From positions 159,016-223,015 of IMG/VR virus record IMGVR_UViG_3300021511_000003: a DNA stretch of 64,000 nucleotides. One strand, given 5' to 3'. The position numbers were made by a program, and so were the translations under genes. The notes beneath the pieces were generated by a model. It did no database searches and was not told where the DNA came from. It saw only the letters and a program-made list of their open reading frames with translations. Positions 37,308 through 48,740 of the stretch are shown here, piece by piece. How positions within the stretch are numbered: the first letter of the stretch is position 1; every line of letters begins with the position of its first letter.

Positions 37308-38237
37308 ATGCAATTTTGCGAATATGGTTGTGGTCAAGAAGCAAAATATCAATTTAAAAATGGTAAATGGTGTTGTGAAAAAAGTAAAAATTCATGCCCT
37401 AAACAGAAAAAAATACTTGCTCAAAAAAACAAAGGTAAAAAACGAAGTGCTGAAACAATACAAAAATTAAAAGAAGCAAGGAGAAATATATCAAATGAAA
37501 CTCGGGATAAAATGAGTAAAAGTCACTTAGGTAAAAAACAACCATATTCTGTAAAAAGAAAAATAGGTATATCTCTTAAACAAGCATATAATGAAGGTAG
37601 AAAAAAATATGTCCCTATTTCAAAAAAACGAAAATATACAAATGAATTTAAGGAGAAATTGATATATAGATGTAAAAATGAGTTAATAATTATAAATAAA
37701 TTAACAATTGAAAAAATAAAAAAGAAGTACCCATTTTTTTCAAAAATAGAAGAAATGAGATATAATCCAGACAAACCTGAAGAAAAAGAAATACAAGTTC
37801 ATTGTAAAAATCATAATTGTCCAAATTCGAAAGAACAAGGTGGCTGGTTTACACCAACTTATCAACAAATAAAAACAAGAAGAGATTGGCTTGAACATGA
37901 AGGAAAAGATTTATGTTATTTTTATTGTTCTGATGAATGTAAAAATGAATGTCCTCTATTTCGTTTAAAGGGTAATCCTTTGAAAGAGTCCCAAAAATTA
38001 TATACTATTCAAGAATATCAAATATTCCGTGAATATGTTCTTGAAAGAGATAATTACATATGTCAATACTGTGGTGAAAAGGCTGAACATATACATCATG
38101 AAAGACCACAAAAAATAGAACCATTTTTTGCACTTGATCCAGATTTATCATGGAGTGTTTGTAAAAAATGTCATTATAAATATGGACATAAAGATGAATG
38201 CTCAACTGGTAACTTAGCAAACCAAATATGTATATAA
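37308..38237 (+). CDS. HNH endonuclease with N-terminal Cys module and NUMOD3-like repeats
   Basis: CEYGCGQEAKYQFKNGKWCC; SAETIQKL/SNETRDKMS; RDNYICQYCG..HIHH..CKKCH. Confidence 0.8.
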   Translation: MQFCEYGCGQEAKYQFKNGKWCCEKSKNSCPKQKKILAQKNKGKKRSAETIQKLKEARRNISNETRDKMSKSHLGKKQPYSVKRKIGISLKQAYNEGRKKYVPISKKRKYTNEFKEKLIYRCKNELIIINKLTIEKIKKKYPFFSKIEEMRYNPDKPEEKEIQVHCKNHNCPNSKEQGGWFTPTYQQIKTRRDWLEHEGKDLCYFYCSDECKNECPLFRLKGNPLKESQKLYTIQEYQIFREYVLERDNYICQYCGEKAEHIHHERPQKIEPFFALDPDLSWSVCKKCHYKYGHKDECSTGNLANQICI

Positions 38238-38539
38238 AGGAAAATAAAATGGAAATCATTAGTGAATCACACAATCTTGAATCAAAAGAATTATTACCAC
38301 AAATATTACTTCGTATTTTTTCAATATGTAAAAATGATTCAACCTTTCCACTTAAAAGTCAATTGAATGAAATTGAGAAGAAAGTTTATACGTTACAAGA
38401 GAAACTTCAACGTCAAACAGCGTTATATAAAAAATCTTCTGAATTACGGAATGACTTACAAAAAAGAGTTGATATTTTAGAGCAGAAAAATTATGATGTG
38501 AAAAATAGACTGATAGAAGAATTGGGGAGTGAAATATGA
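38228..38539 (+). CDS. coiled-coil hypothetical protein
   Basis: Between protease and MCP. Confidence 0.55.
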   Translation: MYIKENKMEIISESHNLESKELLPQILLRIFSICKNDSTFPLKSQLNEIEKKVYTLQEKLQRQTALYKKSSELRNDLQKRVDILEQKNYDVKNRLIEELGSEI

Positions 38540-38952
38540 ATATTACAGAAACTAGAATCCCAGACGTAACAAATGAAAATATTCCAAAATCTAAAAAAAT
38601 ACTTGTTGATAATATTATAAAAAATGTGTATCCACTTTTTGATGAAGTTTACACAGAAAAAACAGAGATAATTCAAAATTTAAAGACCAATATTAAAATT
38701 AAAACTCGTGAGCTTCAATCTGAAAAGAAAACCATGGAAAAATTAATGGAACAATATACCCGTTCAAAAAAGGTTGCAAAACTTCTTGATAGATTGGATA
38801 AATTGGTTGGTTCTGGTCTTATTTATGATGGAACATTGAAACATGAAACAGTTATTTTATTAAAAATAATTCATAAACTTCCAATTGAAAAAATTGATAA
38901 ACAATTAGCAAAAACAATTCATCTCATAAATAAAAGATTTATAAAAATTTAA
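38536..38952 (+). CDS. coiled-coil hypothetical protein
   Basis: Between protease and MCP. Confidence 0.6.
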   Translation: MNITETRIPDVTNENIPKSKKILVDNIIKNVYPLFDEVYTEKTEIIQNLKTNIKIKTRELQSEKKTMEKLMEQYTRSKKVAKLLDRLDKLVGSGLIYDGTLKHETVILLKIIHKLPIEKIDKQLAKTIHLINKRFIKI

Positions 38953-39821
38953 TTACCACATTTCATATCATTATAATTACAACCCTCTATTTTATGAACT
39001 TCTTTATGACAATCTTTACATAAAGTAATTACTTTATCAAGATCAGCACTTTCAAGAGGTTCCCATCTAATTCCTTCTATATGATGACAGTGTAATCCTG
39101 TTTCAAGTTCATCTTGATGTTTATTACATCTTTGACAAGTATAATTATCAAGTTCAAATCTCATTTGACGAAGTTCAGGTTGAACTTCTCTGGATGTAGC
39201 TGGTTTATAATTTTTAGAATAGGATATTTGGTGAAAAATTGGGCATTCTCTTTTACATTGTTCTGAACAGTATAATCTTTGTTCCCCATGATTTCTACCT
39301 TCTAAAGATCTAATTCTTTCATATATATTTATGACTCCAGGAGTAAACCATTTACCACAATATGCACATGTTACTTGTAAGATATTTTTATCATTGGGGT
39401 CTCTTCTGCATTTTTCAGCATATGAAATTTTTACAGCATATGTATCATACATTGGAATATTATTATTATAATAACCACCTGACCATTTTGGATGTTTTTC
39501 TTTTTTGAAATTTGGTCTTGTTAATCTTATTTTCTTAAGAATCTCAGGTTTATTCATAGCTTCTTTAGTGGTTTTACTTATTTTTTCCTTTTCTTCATCA
39601 GTTCTTGGTATACCTTTATTCCATGCTTTTTTACCTTTATTTTGTTTTCCACATTTTTGTTTATTTTCATCACTATGTTTTTTTCCATAGAATGGATTGT
39701 TAACTCCTTTATATTTTTTATTTTGTGATGGACATTTTAAATAATGAGAGGAACAACACCATTTACCATTTTTAAATTGATATTTTGCTTCTTGTTCACA
39801 ACCATATTCACAAATAACCAT
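38949..39821 (-). CDS. HNH endonuclease, antisense to head operon
   Basis: CEYGCEQEAKYQFKNGKWCC; DNYTCQRC..LHCHHIE..LCKDCHKEVH. Confidence 0.82.
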   Translation of the reverse strand: MVICEYGCEQEAKYQFKNGKWCCSSHYLKCPSQNKKYKGVNNPFYGKKHSDENKQKCGKQNKGKKAWNKGIPRTDEEKEKISKTTKEAMNKPEILKKIRLTRPNFKKEKHPKWSGGYYNNNIPMYDTYAVKISYAEKCRRDPNDKNILQVTCAYCGKWFTPGVINIYERIRSLEGRNHGEQRLYCSEQCKRECPIFHQISYSKNYKPATSREVQPELRQMRFELDNYTCQRCNKHQDELETGLHCHHIEGIRWEPLESADLDKVITLCKDCHKEVHKIEGCNYNDMKCGN

Positions 39822-40094
39822 ATTGCAATTACTCCTTTTTTTAATTTTGTTCTTACGCTTATTGGAGTCGACCCATCTATATAATTAAAGAATAAAACTT
39901 ATAAAAAAATTAACTCTCAGATTAAAACTCATAACAAAAAACTACATTGAGAATTAAACTAATTATAATTTTTGGTACTATTTATAAAAGTTAATAACTT
40001 ATATAACATAATTTTAAGAACATAATATAAATCGTAGGACATTTTATCTAAGTCGTTTATTACTAATAAACCTTAAAAGGGGGATTATAAAATA

Positions 40095-41546
40095 ATGAAA
40101 GAGTTACTGACAGAAGTATATAAAACTACAAAAAAAATTTCAGGAGTTGACCCATCAAAACCTGGCAATATGAAAGCAGTTCTTGTTGATGATGCCGCCT
40201 GGGAATCATATGTGACAGGTCTGGCAGAGTCAATTGAGAATAAAAAAGATCGTACTGCATTTGTACAACTGGCAGAAAATACAAGAATTAATTTACTTGA
40301 AAATTCAATGTTTCAAATCAATCCATATGAAACTTTGACCCTTCCAATTCTTCGTGTATTTTACCCTAAACTAGTGGCTAAAGAACTAGTAACAGTTTCA
40401 CCGATGGATAAACCTGAAACTGTAAAAGCATTTGTTAAAGCACAATTTTCACCATCAAACAGTTCTACACAGTATGATGCACCTGTTACCAATACAGATA
40501 TTTCACGCGGTGTTGCTTTTGGTACTCCTATTGCTGCTTCATTATCTGTTCCAAGTAGTGGTTATGATGTTTTGAATACAGCTGGTTTAAATTCAACTGA
40601 AGCTCATTTAGAGAGAGATTTTGAAATTACTGGTGTTTCTGCTGATGGAACTACTTGGGTTGATGTTTCAATTGTACCTGCTGTTGAAGGACATTTTTCA
40701 GCAAGTGTTAGTATCGGTGGTGCTGCTGATGTTATTTCTGGTAAAGTTGATTACTTAAATGGTTTAGTTGATATTTCTAGTACTACAAGTACTGTTCTGT
40801 TCGCTCGCTATCAAGTAACTACTTCTCTGGAAGAAAACAGAATTAACCCAAGAGTTACTTTAAATGTTGATAAAATCAGATTGTATGCAAGAGATAGACA
40901 AATCAGTGCAAATTGGACCATTAATATGGAACAAGATATGAGAGCTCTGTTTGATATTTCAATGCAAGCTGAAATTGTTAATATTCTTGGCCAACAAGTT
41001 GCATTAGACATTGATAGAGAAATTATCAATGCTCTTATTACTGCTAATACAAGATTGAATGCTGCAGATCACCAAGGTACATTCAATAAAACTCCACCTG
41101 TTACATACACTTGGGGAACTAAGTATTGGCACGAAAACATTATTCCTGAATTGAATGCTCTATCAGGTCAGATCTACACTGATACAAACATTGAAGCTGG
41201 TAACGTAATTGCTGCCAATCCACTTGATGTTGCTATTCTTGAAGATCTACAAACATTTAATTACACTGGTACTTCTTCAGTTGATGGTGACCTTGGTTAT
41301 CGTTCAGCTACAGTTGCTGGTGGAAAATGGAAGATCCTGACAAGTTCAGTTGTAACACAAGGAACAATGTTGATGGTTTATAAACCAGTTGAAGAACTGA
41401 AGGCTATTTATTTTTACAGTCCTTATGTGCCAGCAGTTTTACATCCTTATCCATTGGGTTACACACCAAGCTTGACAATTCTTAGTCGATATGCCACAGC
41501 GCTTGTAAGATCATCGGGCGTAGCTACTTTAAGTATTGGTGCATAA
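40095..41546 (+). CDS. major capsid protein (T4 gp23-like)
   Basis: LPILRVFYPKLVAKELVTVSPM, EQDMRA, EIDREII, FYSPYVP, SRYA. Confidence 0.9.
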   Translation: MKELLTEVYKTTKKISGVDPSKPGNMKAVLVDDAAWESYVTGLAESIENKKDRTAFVQLAENTRINLLENSMFQINPYETLTLPILRVFYPKLVAKELVTVSPMDKPETVKAFVKAQFSPSNSSTQYDAPVTNTDISRGVAFGTPIAASLSVPSSGYDVLNTAGLNSTEAHLERDFEITGVSADGTTWVDVSIVPAVEGHFSASVSIGGAADVISGKVDYLNGLVDISSTTSTVLFARYQVTTSLEENRINPRVTLNVDKIRLYARDRQISANWTINMEQDMRALFDISMQAEIVNILGQQVALDIDREIINALITANTRLNAADHQGTFNKTPPVTYTWGTKYWHENIIPELNALSGQIYTDTNIEAGNVIAANPLDVAILEDLQTFNYTGTSSVDGDLGYRSATVAGGKWKILTSSVVTQGTMLMVYKPVEELKAIYFYSPYVPAVLHPYPLGYTPSLTILSRYATALVRSSGVATLSIGA

Positions 41547-41594
41547 CGATGTTTTAAAGGTTTACCTTGAGACAGTGCAATAGTCTCAATTTAC

Positions 41595-41650
41595 CCGACA
41601 GGAATGACTCCTGCTTATCTACGAATGAGTAGGAGTCATTTTTCCGTCGG
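41595..41650 (+). terminator. long hairpin after MCP
   Basis: CCGAC..TGACTCCTGCTTAT / ATGAGTAGGAGTCA..GTCGG followed by T-rich run. Confidence 0.65.
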
Positions 41651-41677
41651 TATTTTTATAATATAGAACAAAATTAT

Positions 41678-42469
41678 ATGAGACGAATAACAAGAAAAGA
41701 AAGAAATAGAATACATCTTGTAAAAGATGTTCCTTATGTAACTTGCCCATATTGTGGAAAACAAATGCAATTTTTACACTGGCAACATTTAAAGTTACAC
41801 AATAAAAATATTAAAGATGTTAGAAAAGAGTTTCCTGATATTCCAACAATGACAAAAAAAGATACAGAAAAAAGAAGTAAAAGAAGAGTAAAATGTGAAA
41901 AACAAATTATTGATACATGTAATCAACTTTATGGAGGAATGGGATATTCTAGTGATAAACTATTAAAAAAATCTGAAACTACAACAAGGAATAAATATGG
42001 CAATAAAAATGTTATGAAAACCGATCATGGAAAAAGTTATTTTAAAGGAGATAAGAACCCTTTGAAAGATCCAGAATCTGCAAAAAAAGTTTCGGAATCA
42101 ATGAAAGGAAGAAAATCACCACTTAAAGGAAAAACATATGTTGAAATACTTGGGGAAAGAAAAGCATTAGAAAGAAAATTAGAACTAAAGAAATCTGGTG
42201 CTTATGGTTGTTCTATAACACCTCGTATTTCAGCTCCTCAACTACAACTCTTTGAACTGGTTAAAAAGAAATACCCTACTGCTGTATTGGAGTATCCAGT
42301 TCTTGATTATTGCCTTGATATAGCTGTTCCTGAATTGAAATTGTGTTTTGAATATGATGGTTCATATTGGCATGATATTGAAAAAGATGCAATTAGAGAT
42401 CATATATTAGAAAGTTATGGATGGACTATTAAACGATTTATTGATAAATTACCAGAATATATTAATTAA
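41678..42469 (+). CDS. Zn-finger + DUF559/Vsr-like PD-(D/E)XK endonuclease
   Basis: CPYCG..HLKLH; LDIAVPELKLCFEYDGSYWH; GWTIKRF. Confidence 0.75.
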   Translation: MRRITRKERNRIHLVKDVPYVTCPYCGKQMQFLHWQHLKLHNKNIKDVRKEFPDIPTMTKKDTEKRSKRRVKCEKQIIDTCNQLYGGMGYSSDKLLKKSETTTRNKYGNKNVMKTDHGKSYFKGDKNPLKDPESAKKVSESMKGRKSPLKGKTYVEILGERKALERKLELKKSGAYGCSITPRISAPQLQLFELVKKKYPTAVLEYPVLDYCLDIAVPELKLCFEYDGSYWHDIEKDAIRDHILESYGWTIKRFIDKLPEYIN

Positions 42470-42619
42470 AACTATATTTTTTTCCGTCGGAACATTTAAG
42501 AACATTTTGTATTTGCAAGATTTGATGTCGAACATAACCCATAATGTAATGTAAATAACGAGTCTATATTCATACTAACATATAGACCCATTATTTACAT
42601 TATAACCCCTTAAATGCAT

Positions 42620-43081
42620 TTATTTAAAATCTAACGAGGTTACTTCTACATTGGCGATCATACGACCGCCCACCATTTGCGTATTAATGAGTTTACCGAG
42701 AACACATACTTCTTTCTTTTTGGTATCATGTGGTGGTTTGGTCTCATGTGGTGGTTTGGTCTCATGTGGTGGTTTGGTCTCATGTGGTGGTTTGGTAATT
42801 TCTATCTTGTCATATACCATGGCAAGTTTGTTTGATTTCTCCGGTTTCTTGACGTAAGAAGTCAACTGGGTGTCCTTGGTATAATAATCCTTGTAAACTT
42901 TCTGAATTTCATTTCTTCTGGCCATACCATACAGACTTATACGAATTACTTTATCAGGTGCCATCTTTTTAGCCTCGGGTAAAAGACTACGTACTTGGTT
43001 ATATGAAATACGACCTTTGATAACACCATCATTGATCCCTCTACGAACTACATTGGTAATACCGCGAAATCTTGTTTTCAT
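42620..43081 (-). CDS. hypothetical protein with KPPHET repeats
   Basis: 153-aa ORF. Confidence 0.6.
   Translation of the reverse strand: MKTRFRGITNVVRRGINDGVIKGRISYNQVRSLLPEAKKMAPDKVIRISLYGMARRNEIQKVYKDYYTKDTQLTSYVKKPEKSNKLAMVYDKIEITKPPHETKPPHETKPPHETKPPHDTKKKEVCVLGKLINTQMVGGRMIANVEVTSLDFK
42727..42796. repeat. 18-bp tandem repeat, ~3.9 copies
   Basis: Unit CATGTGGTGGTTTGGTCT. Confidence 0.9.
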
Positions 43082-43674
43082 ACTGTTTCCTTTTTTTTAT
43101 TTCTGTGTATTCTATGCCTTATTAAATCATTGATATAATCAATTATTCCTTCTTAAAAAAAGACTGACATATGCCAATCTTTTTCTTATTTGGCTACACT
43201 TATGCACTTTCGATGATATGTTCACACAAACCTCGTATAATTTCAAAATTTGTATAAAGATTAGGGTTGTCCCGATGCCCAAGATGTTTACCACAATGAT
43301 TACATTCATAACCCAGCCAACCTGTATCATCATAACCTGCATCTAAACATGACAAATTATCTATAGGATTTTTACAATACCAGCAATGAGTTATATACAA
43401 TGGCTGAACATCCTCAAGTAAATGATTCATAGTAATAATCTCCTTTAAAATAAATTATTATTTATATTCACATATTAATATATATAGTTAAATCATTTAT
43501 CCTTCGTTTTCTAATTTATAAACAGATTCTTCAATAACATTAACGATGGTTTCATTTGTATGACCGAATTTTTTAGTTCTAAAATAATTCTGGATTAAAG
43601 CAACAAATTCCCCACATTCACCAGATATTTAAAGTAGTTATAGAAGAAGTTCAGGGTCGAGTTACATCATAATA

Positions 43675-44832
43675 TTATCCCTTTATATTTATTAGTGGTT
43701 TGGCATGATCAATTATATTTATAACTATTCCATTTTGTTTTTTGATTACTTCATAGACATTCTTATAAGCGTCAGGTGCTTCATCTATTGTTGACTGATC
43801 GACCTTAGCAACAATACCTTTCATTTGATTTTTGAAAAGTTTCATGTCAATTGTAGATTTGGCTTTCTTTCTACTCATCGTTCGTCCAGCACCATGTGAA
43901 GCTGAATTTAAGTATTTTTCATTACCTAAACCTTCTGTAACATATACACCAGTTTTCATATTACCAGGAATAATTCCAATTTGCCCTTTTTCAGCAGGTG
44001 TTGCACCTTTTCTGTGTAGAACATGCGTCCCTTTTACCTCTGCATGATTATGATTTTCATTAATCATATGATCATGGACTAAAATACTTATTTCGTGCTC
44101 ATTATAACCAAGCAGTAAAAGAATTTCACTTATCATTAATTTTCTATTATCAATAGCGTACTCAAGGGCAAAATTCATATCTTTGAGATATTGCTGCCCT
44201 GATTCACTATTGAGATGAAAGAAACCTTTTGGCAAATCAATATCAATTTTCTTTGAAAGTTTCATATAATAGCTGGCAATCGAATGACCAATATTTCTTG
44301 AACCAGAATGAACAGTTATAGTTAGGTAACCTTTATTATTTTCACCTATTTCAATGAAATGATTGCCGCCACCTAAAGTACCAAGTTGAACATTTAGTTT
44401 ATTATCAACTTTTTTCTGTAGTTCTTTATCTCTAGATGCGCTTTGAAAATCATAATAAACGTATCCATTTTTTCTAGAATTAAACCCAACAGGTATCGTT
44501 TTATAAATATGTTCAAAAAGTTTTATTTTTTCTGATTCTTGTTTAAAGAACTCTTTTGCTTTAATTTTTGTTGCAATATAACACATACCACAACCAATAT
44601 CATATCCTACATATTCAGGAGATATTACATTATCAAGTAATGCTACACCACCAATCGGTAATGTGTAACCTGTATGACAATCAGGCATTACCGCTAATTT
44701 GATTAAAAAGTCAAGTGCAAGGGCTTCATATATTTGTTGTTGTGCAGTCTGTTCTAATTCATGAATAGGAATTAAACTAAAGAGTTTTTCTAATTTTTTA
44801 ACAGGATTTAAATTTTCTGTGTTTTTAGACAT
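43675..44832 (-). CDS. rtcB: RtcB RNA ligase
   Basis: MPDCH, GYDIGCG, LGGGNHFIE, HSGSR, HNH, HRKGAT, HGAGR. Confidence 0.95.
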   Translation of the reverse strand: MSKNTENLNPVKKLEKLFSLIPIHELEQTAQQQIYEALALDFLIKLAVMPDCHTGYTLPIGGVALLDNVISPEYVGYDIGCGMCYIATKIKAKEFFKQESEKIKLFEHIYKTIPVGFNSRKNGYVYYDFQSASRDKELQKKVDNKLNVQLGTLGGGNHFIEIGENNKGYLTITVHSGSRNIGHSIASYYMKLSKKIDIDLPKGFFHLNSESGQQYLKDMNFALEYAIDNRKLMISEILLLLGYNEHEISILVHDHMINENHNHAEVKGTHVLHRKGATPAEKGQIGIIPGNMKTGVYVTEGLGNEKYLNSASHGAGRTMSRKKAKSTIDMKLFKNQMKGIVAKVDQSTIDEAPDAYKNVYEVIKKQNGIVINIIDHAKPLINIKG

Positions 44833-45769
44833 AATTTACCTTTTTAATACAGTTGTTATACATTGTCTTTTTTCACTCCATACTACTCGTATGGGGTCGC
44901 AATATACAAATTCTAAATCATAAATTATCTGAATATTGTTTTTGCCGCCTTCTTTTTTAACCATTATAGTATTCTGAGAATTTAATATTTTTTTACACAT
45001 ATTATCATATTGTTTTATTGTAAGATCATCAATATTGTATCTTTGTTTTAAACGTAATTTTGTATGGTTAAAACTATAAGTTCTATCTTTTTTTGTTTTC
45101 ATAATTTTTTTGGCATCATTCTTTCAAAATGGTTCAAATGAAGTTGTTCAACTTTTTTATTAAGATTTGCTTCCAGCTCTTTATTGATATTCAAATTTTG
45201 TGTTTTCAATTCACCAATATGAAGTGCTCTATTAGCAAGGATGTGACCAAATCTTTCTGGATCTACTTCTATCATTTCAAGACATTCTGGATGGTAAAAA
45301 ATTCTTTTACCAAGTTCACCATAAATACCATATTGATGTACAGCATGAAAGAAACCCGTTTTTTTACCGCAAAAGTAACATTTTAGTTTACCTATTATTA
45401 ATGCCATATTTTCCTTTCATAAATAACAAAGTCATCTTACTTAATAAGTCAAATTGACTCTGTTATTTATAATTTACATTTTTATATATTATCAGTAAAT
45501 TTTTTCCAGGCGCCTTCCATTTCTTCTTTTAAGTTTTCATGAAGGGTGTTTAATAATTCTGTAGAATCAGGATTGTCTCCATATTTTGGATTGGTCCAAC
45601 TTTCATATGCACTTTCTAGTTTTTCCAAAAGATATTGGCCAACAGATTCTTTCTTCATATGACCTCTTGGTCGAAAAACATCTGAAAAATCGTACATATG
45701 TACCTGAACTGCTCCTTTTGGTATATCTTTTGAATTAACAAATTTAACTTTTGACCAGTCTACCATTAT

Positions 45770-47449
45770 TCACCTCATTTTAATTTCATAAAGTTTGTTA
45801 CTTCTAAAGAATCTAACTTGATTTCCTTCTTTACAAAGTCTCATTGTTGAGTTGATAATAGGATCCTCAATTCGTTTGATATTATTTTTATCAAATTTAT
45901 TGAGAAATATTTCCACTGCATCAGTATCTGTAATTAATACACATACCCCATTATCAAGACATGTAAAATTAATTGGTGTATAATCTACATTCTCTTCTAT
46001 ACGACATTTATATTTATTATGTTTATTATCAAATATAATAATGAATCTGTTATATACACCACCTTTATGACCAGTTATAACACAAATCTTATTTTCATAT
46101 TTAGCATCCATGATTTGAAAGTCATTAAGTTCAGGAATAGATTTGATAATAAAATAACTTTTATCAAATGAGGGTAATGGTATTACCACATATTTTTTTC
46201 CAATAATACTCTGAATTATAACATTACTAAACATTTGACTTGAGTTAGGTTCTATATTCCATACAGTTTTAACAATGGGATGAATTTTTTCACCCATATG
46301 TTTGAATGTTAATTCTATCAGTTTCTCTTTATTTTTTAAAAATAGGACATTGTTGGTTATCATCAGGTCAGTACATTCAAGATCAATTTCTGGATTAATT
46401 CCGCCCATAGATTTAAATTTTACTCTTTTATTTTTAATTTTAACAAGAATAGGATGATTCCTTAAAGGAGTAAAAAGTATCTCAACACCAATAGGGAGTT
46501 CATAATCTGTTTTACCTAAATATAATCTCTCTTTTGTTTTAGTAATACCAAGAGATGCATTATGATAAAGAACATCCCCTAAAAATTCCTGTAACTCTAT
46601 GATTTCAAAATTATCAGTATTTTGAACAAGTTGAACAACAATCTGTGCAACTCCTGCTACACCAGGCATAGCAGGCGGTGGCTTTCGTAAACCATTTTCA
46701 AAAATATTATAGAACCAATCTTTATAAGATGCTGGAATTAAAGAAAAATCTCTGGTTGTTGGAGGTAAGGATACAGAACCATTGAAAACTGATACACAAT
46801 CAATAATTCTTTTTTTAAAATCATTCTTTTTATATCCTCTATGTTTTCCCTTAAATGGATGTATTCCGATAAATAATTGAAAAGCAATAATTCCAAATGA
46901 AAACCAATCTGATAATACTGTAAACTCTTTGGTTGTCCAATCTCTAATTGAAGGCATAATTGCTGTTGGTGGATATGATGGAGTTTTCCATGCATTTACA
47001 TCGATAAAATATGGGGTCACAAAGTCTTTTGAAACCATGTAATTCAGCTCATTATTATCAACTATCAAACATTTTTTATCATGAATAAATTGAGTAGTAT
47101 GTTTAATATTTTCAACCAATTCAATAATTTGATCGTTTTCAATTGCATTGTTATTTCGAAAAGTGTTTGTAAATAATTTGCATAAAGTAACAATATCTTC
47201 TCCTAACCAATTCATTGTAAAACCAATTTCGTGCTTTTTTTCATCGAATACTACATCCTGAGGTCTTACAATACTATCATGATTAAGTCTAGATAGTTCC
47301 CCAATTTTTGCAATAGGGATCATTTTTGTTAAATCATTATATATTTTGAAGGCTATGTTACCTTTTTTGTATATACTACCTTCGCCACCTTTGGTAACAT
47401 AATCATTTTGGACTAAATTCACCTTATGCCCATTTACATAGACAATCAT
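45770..47449 (-). CDS. atypical Ser/Thr kinase (TerY-P-type) with C-terminal extension
   Basis: GGEGSIY, AFKIY, DNNELN, FIDVN, DWFSFGIIAFQLFIGIHPFKG. Confidence 0.8.
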   Translation of the reverse strand: MIVYVNGHKVNLVQNDYVTKGGEGSIYKKGNIAFKIYNDLTKMIPIAKIGELSRLNHDSIVRPQDVVFDEKKHEIGFTMNWLGEDIVTLCKLFTNTFRNNNAIENDQIIELVENIKHTTQFIHDKKCLIVDNNELNYMVSKDFVTPYFIDVNAWKTPSYPPTAIMPSIRDWTTKEFTVLSDWFSFGIIAFQLFIGIHPFKGKHRGYKKNDFKKRIIDCVSVFNGSVSLPPTTRDFSLIPASYKDWFYNIFENGLRKPPPAMPGVAGVAQIVVQLVQNTDNFEIIELQEFLGDVLYHNASLGITKTKERLYLGKTDYELPIGVEILFTPLRNHPILVKIKNKRVKFKSMGGINPEIDLECTDLMITNNVLFLKNKEKLIELTFKHMGEKIHPIVKTVWNIEPNSSQMFSNVIIQSIIGKKYVVIPLPSFDKSYFIIKSIPELNDFQIMDAKYENKICVITGHKGGVYNRFIIIFDNKHNKYKCRIEENVDYTPINFTCLDNGVCVLITDTDAVEIFLNKFDKNNIKRIEDPIINSTMRLCKEGNQVRFFRSNKLYEIKMR

Positions 47450-47459
47450 AGGATTCTCC

Positions 47460-47774
47460 TTATATATTAATTCCAGGAATTAAATTAAATACTTGTGGAT
47501 CAAAAACATCAAAGATATAACATTTTCTAAACGTGAGAGTATCTTCAATTGCATATGAATTAATTCCTAATTGATAATAAATTTTTCCGGTTATATTATC
47601 ACCATTAATCTCTTTTACTTCTACCCAGAAGTATTCACATTCATTTCTTATTTTAACATAATGTCCAACCTTAATATTATTGAAATAAACTGGGTTGATA
47701 GCTCGAGTGTTAGTCGGGCATAATTCTTTCATTATTTTTGGTTCTGTAAGATCAGTTGGATTATAGTGTGCCAT
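47460..47774 (-). CDS. hypothetical protein (DUF2314-like)
   Basis: YVKIRNECEYFWVEV. Confidence 0.5.
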   Translation of the reverse strand: MAHYNPTDLTEPKIMKELCPTNTRAINPVYFNNIKVGHYVKIRNECEYFWVEVKEINGDNITGKIYYQLGINSYAIEDTLTFRKCYIFDVFDPQVFNLIPGINI

Positions 47775-48580
47775 TAATCTATCCTCATATATGCTCCTAC
47801 TGAAAGATCATCGTAGTGAACGATATCATCTTTGGTAAATTGATTCAGAGCTTTTTTTAATCTTCGTTTAAGAAATTCCCCTTTGATGGTTTTAAATGCC
47901 ATTATACTGGATAAAACTTCAAAAATAGATATCATATCTTTTTCAGTTGGGGTCTTCTTTATAAAAGATTGAATACCATCTGAGCAAATTAAAAGAGACT
48001 GGTATTCTGACATTTGATAACGTCTAGTAATTTGTGCATCATATGCATATTCTTTTGAGATTGAAACTGTTTCACTCATTTGTGTTTTAAATATTTTTGA
48101 ATTTTTATTTATGTGATATATCTTATCTCGATCTTCATCAATGTAATATGTTAAATAATAAGGAGCATTTTTATCAAATTCAACAGAATTAAATTCTATA
48201 ATACCAGAATTATTTTTGCATATAATAGCACCATCTCCATACATAAATACATTGATAATCCCATCTAATTCAAATGAAATAATTAGGGTTGCATCAAGGC
48301 AGCTAATGGGCAAACCCAATTGTCTAGCTGTCAATTCAGCATTATGAATTATCCAACTTCCCATTTTATAATAATCAAGATTATGAAGATTACTCTGTCG
48401 ATATTTTAAATATTGTTTAGCCAGATGACAAAGTATTCCTGCACCCATTTCAGTATTATTAGATGAAGAACATCCATCAGATAAAATTAAGAAAGGAGTA
48501 GGGGTATTACCTTGAATTATATAGTCTTGACAAATTTTATGACTATCTCCTATCTTCAAAAATGTATCAGTATTTATCAT
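47774..48580 (-). CDS. PP2C-like protein phosphatase
   Basis: CQDY, SDGCSS, GDG, CSDG, DDLS. Confidence 0.85.
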   Translation of the reverse strand: MINTDTFLKIGDSHKICQDYIIQGNTPTPFLILSDGCSSSNNTEMGAGILCHLAKQYLKYRQSNLHNLDYYKMGSWIIHNAELTARQLGLPISCLDATLIISFELDGIINVFMYGDGAIICKNNSGIIEFNSVEFDKNAPYYLTYYIDEDRDKIYHINKNSKIFKTQMSETVSISKEYAYDAQITRRYQMSEYQSLLICSDGIQSFIKKTPTEKDMISIFEVLSSIMAFKTIKGEFLKRRLKKALNQFTKDDIVHYDDLSVGAYMRID

Positions 48581-48740
48581 TGTTAGTTCCTTTATAATTG
48601 TTTATTACCTTTTTACTCGTCCATATCTAGCATTTTTCGTAAGGTTTGTGAATTGTGTGCATGACCAGCTTCGCGTACATAAAATTGATATGGGAGGAGC
48701 GCTGTAGATGGTGTTATCTCGACTCCTCCTCCCATTAAAA

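Noticed and set aside
42727-42796. CRISPR array
   Set aside because: Spacer-less in-frame 18-bp tandem repeat (KPPHET). No repeat-spacer array or cas gene found anywhere in the window.
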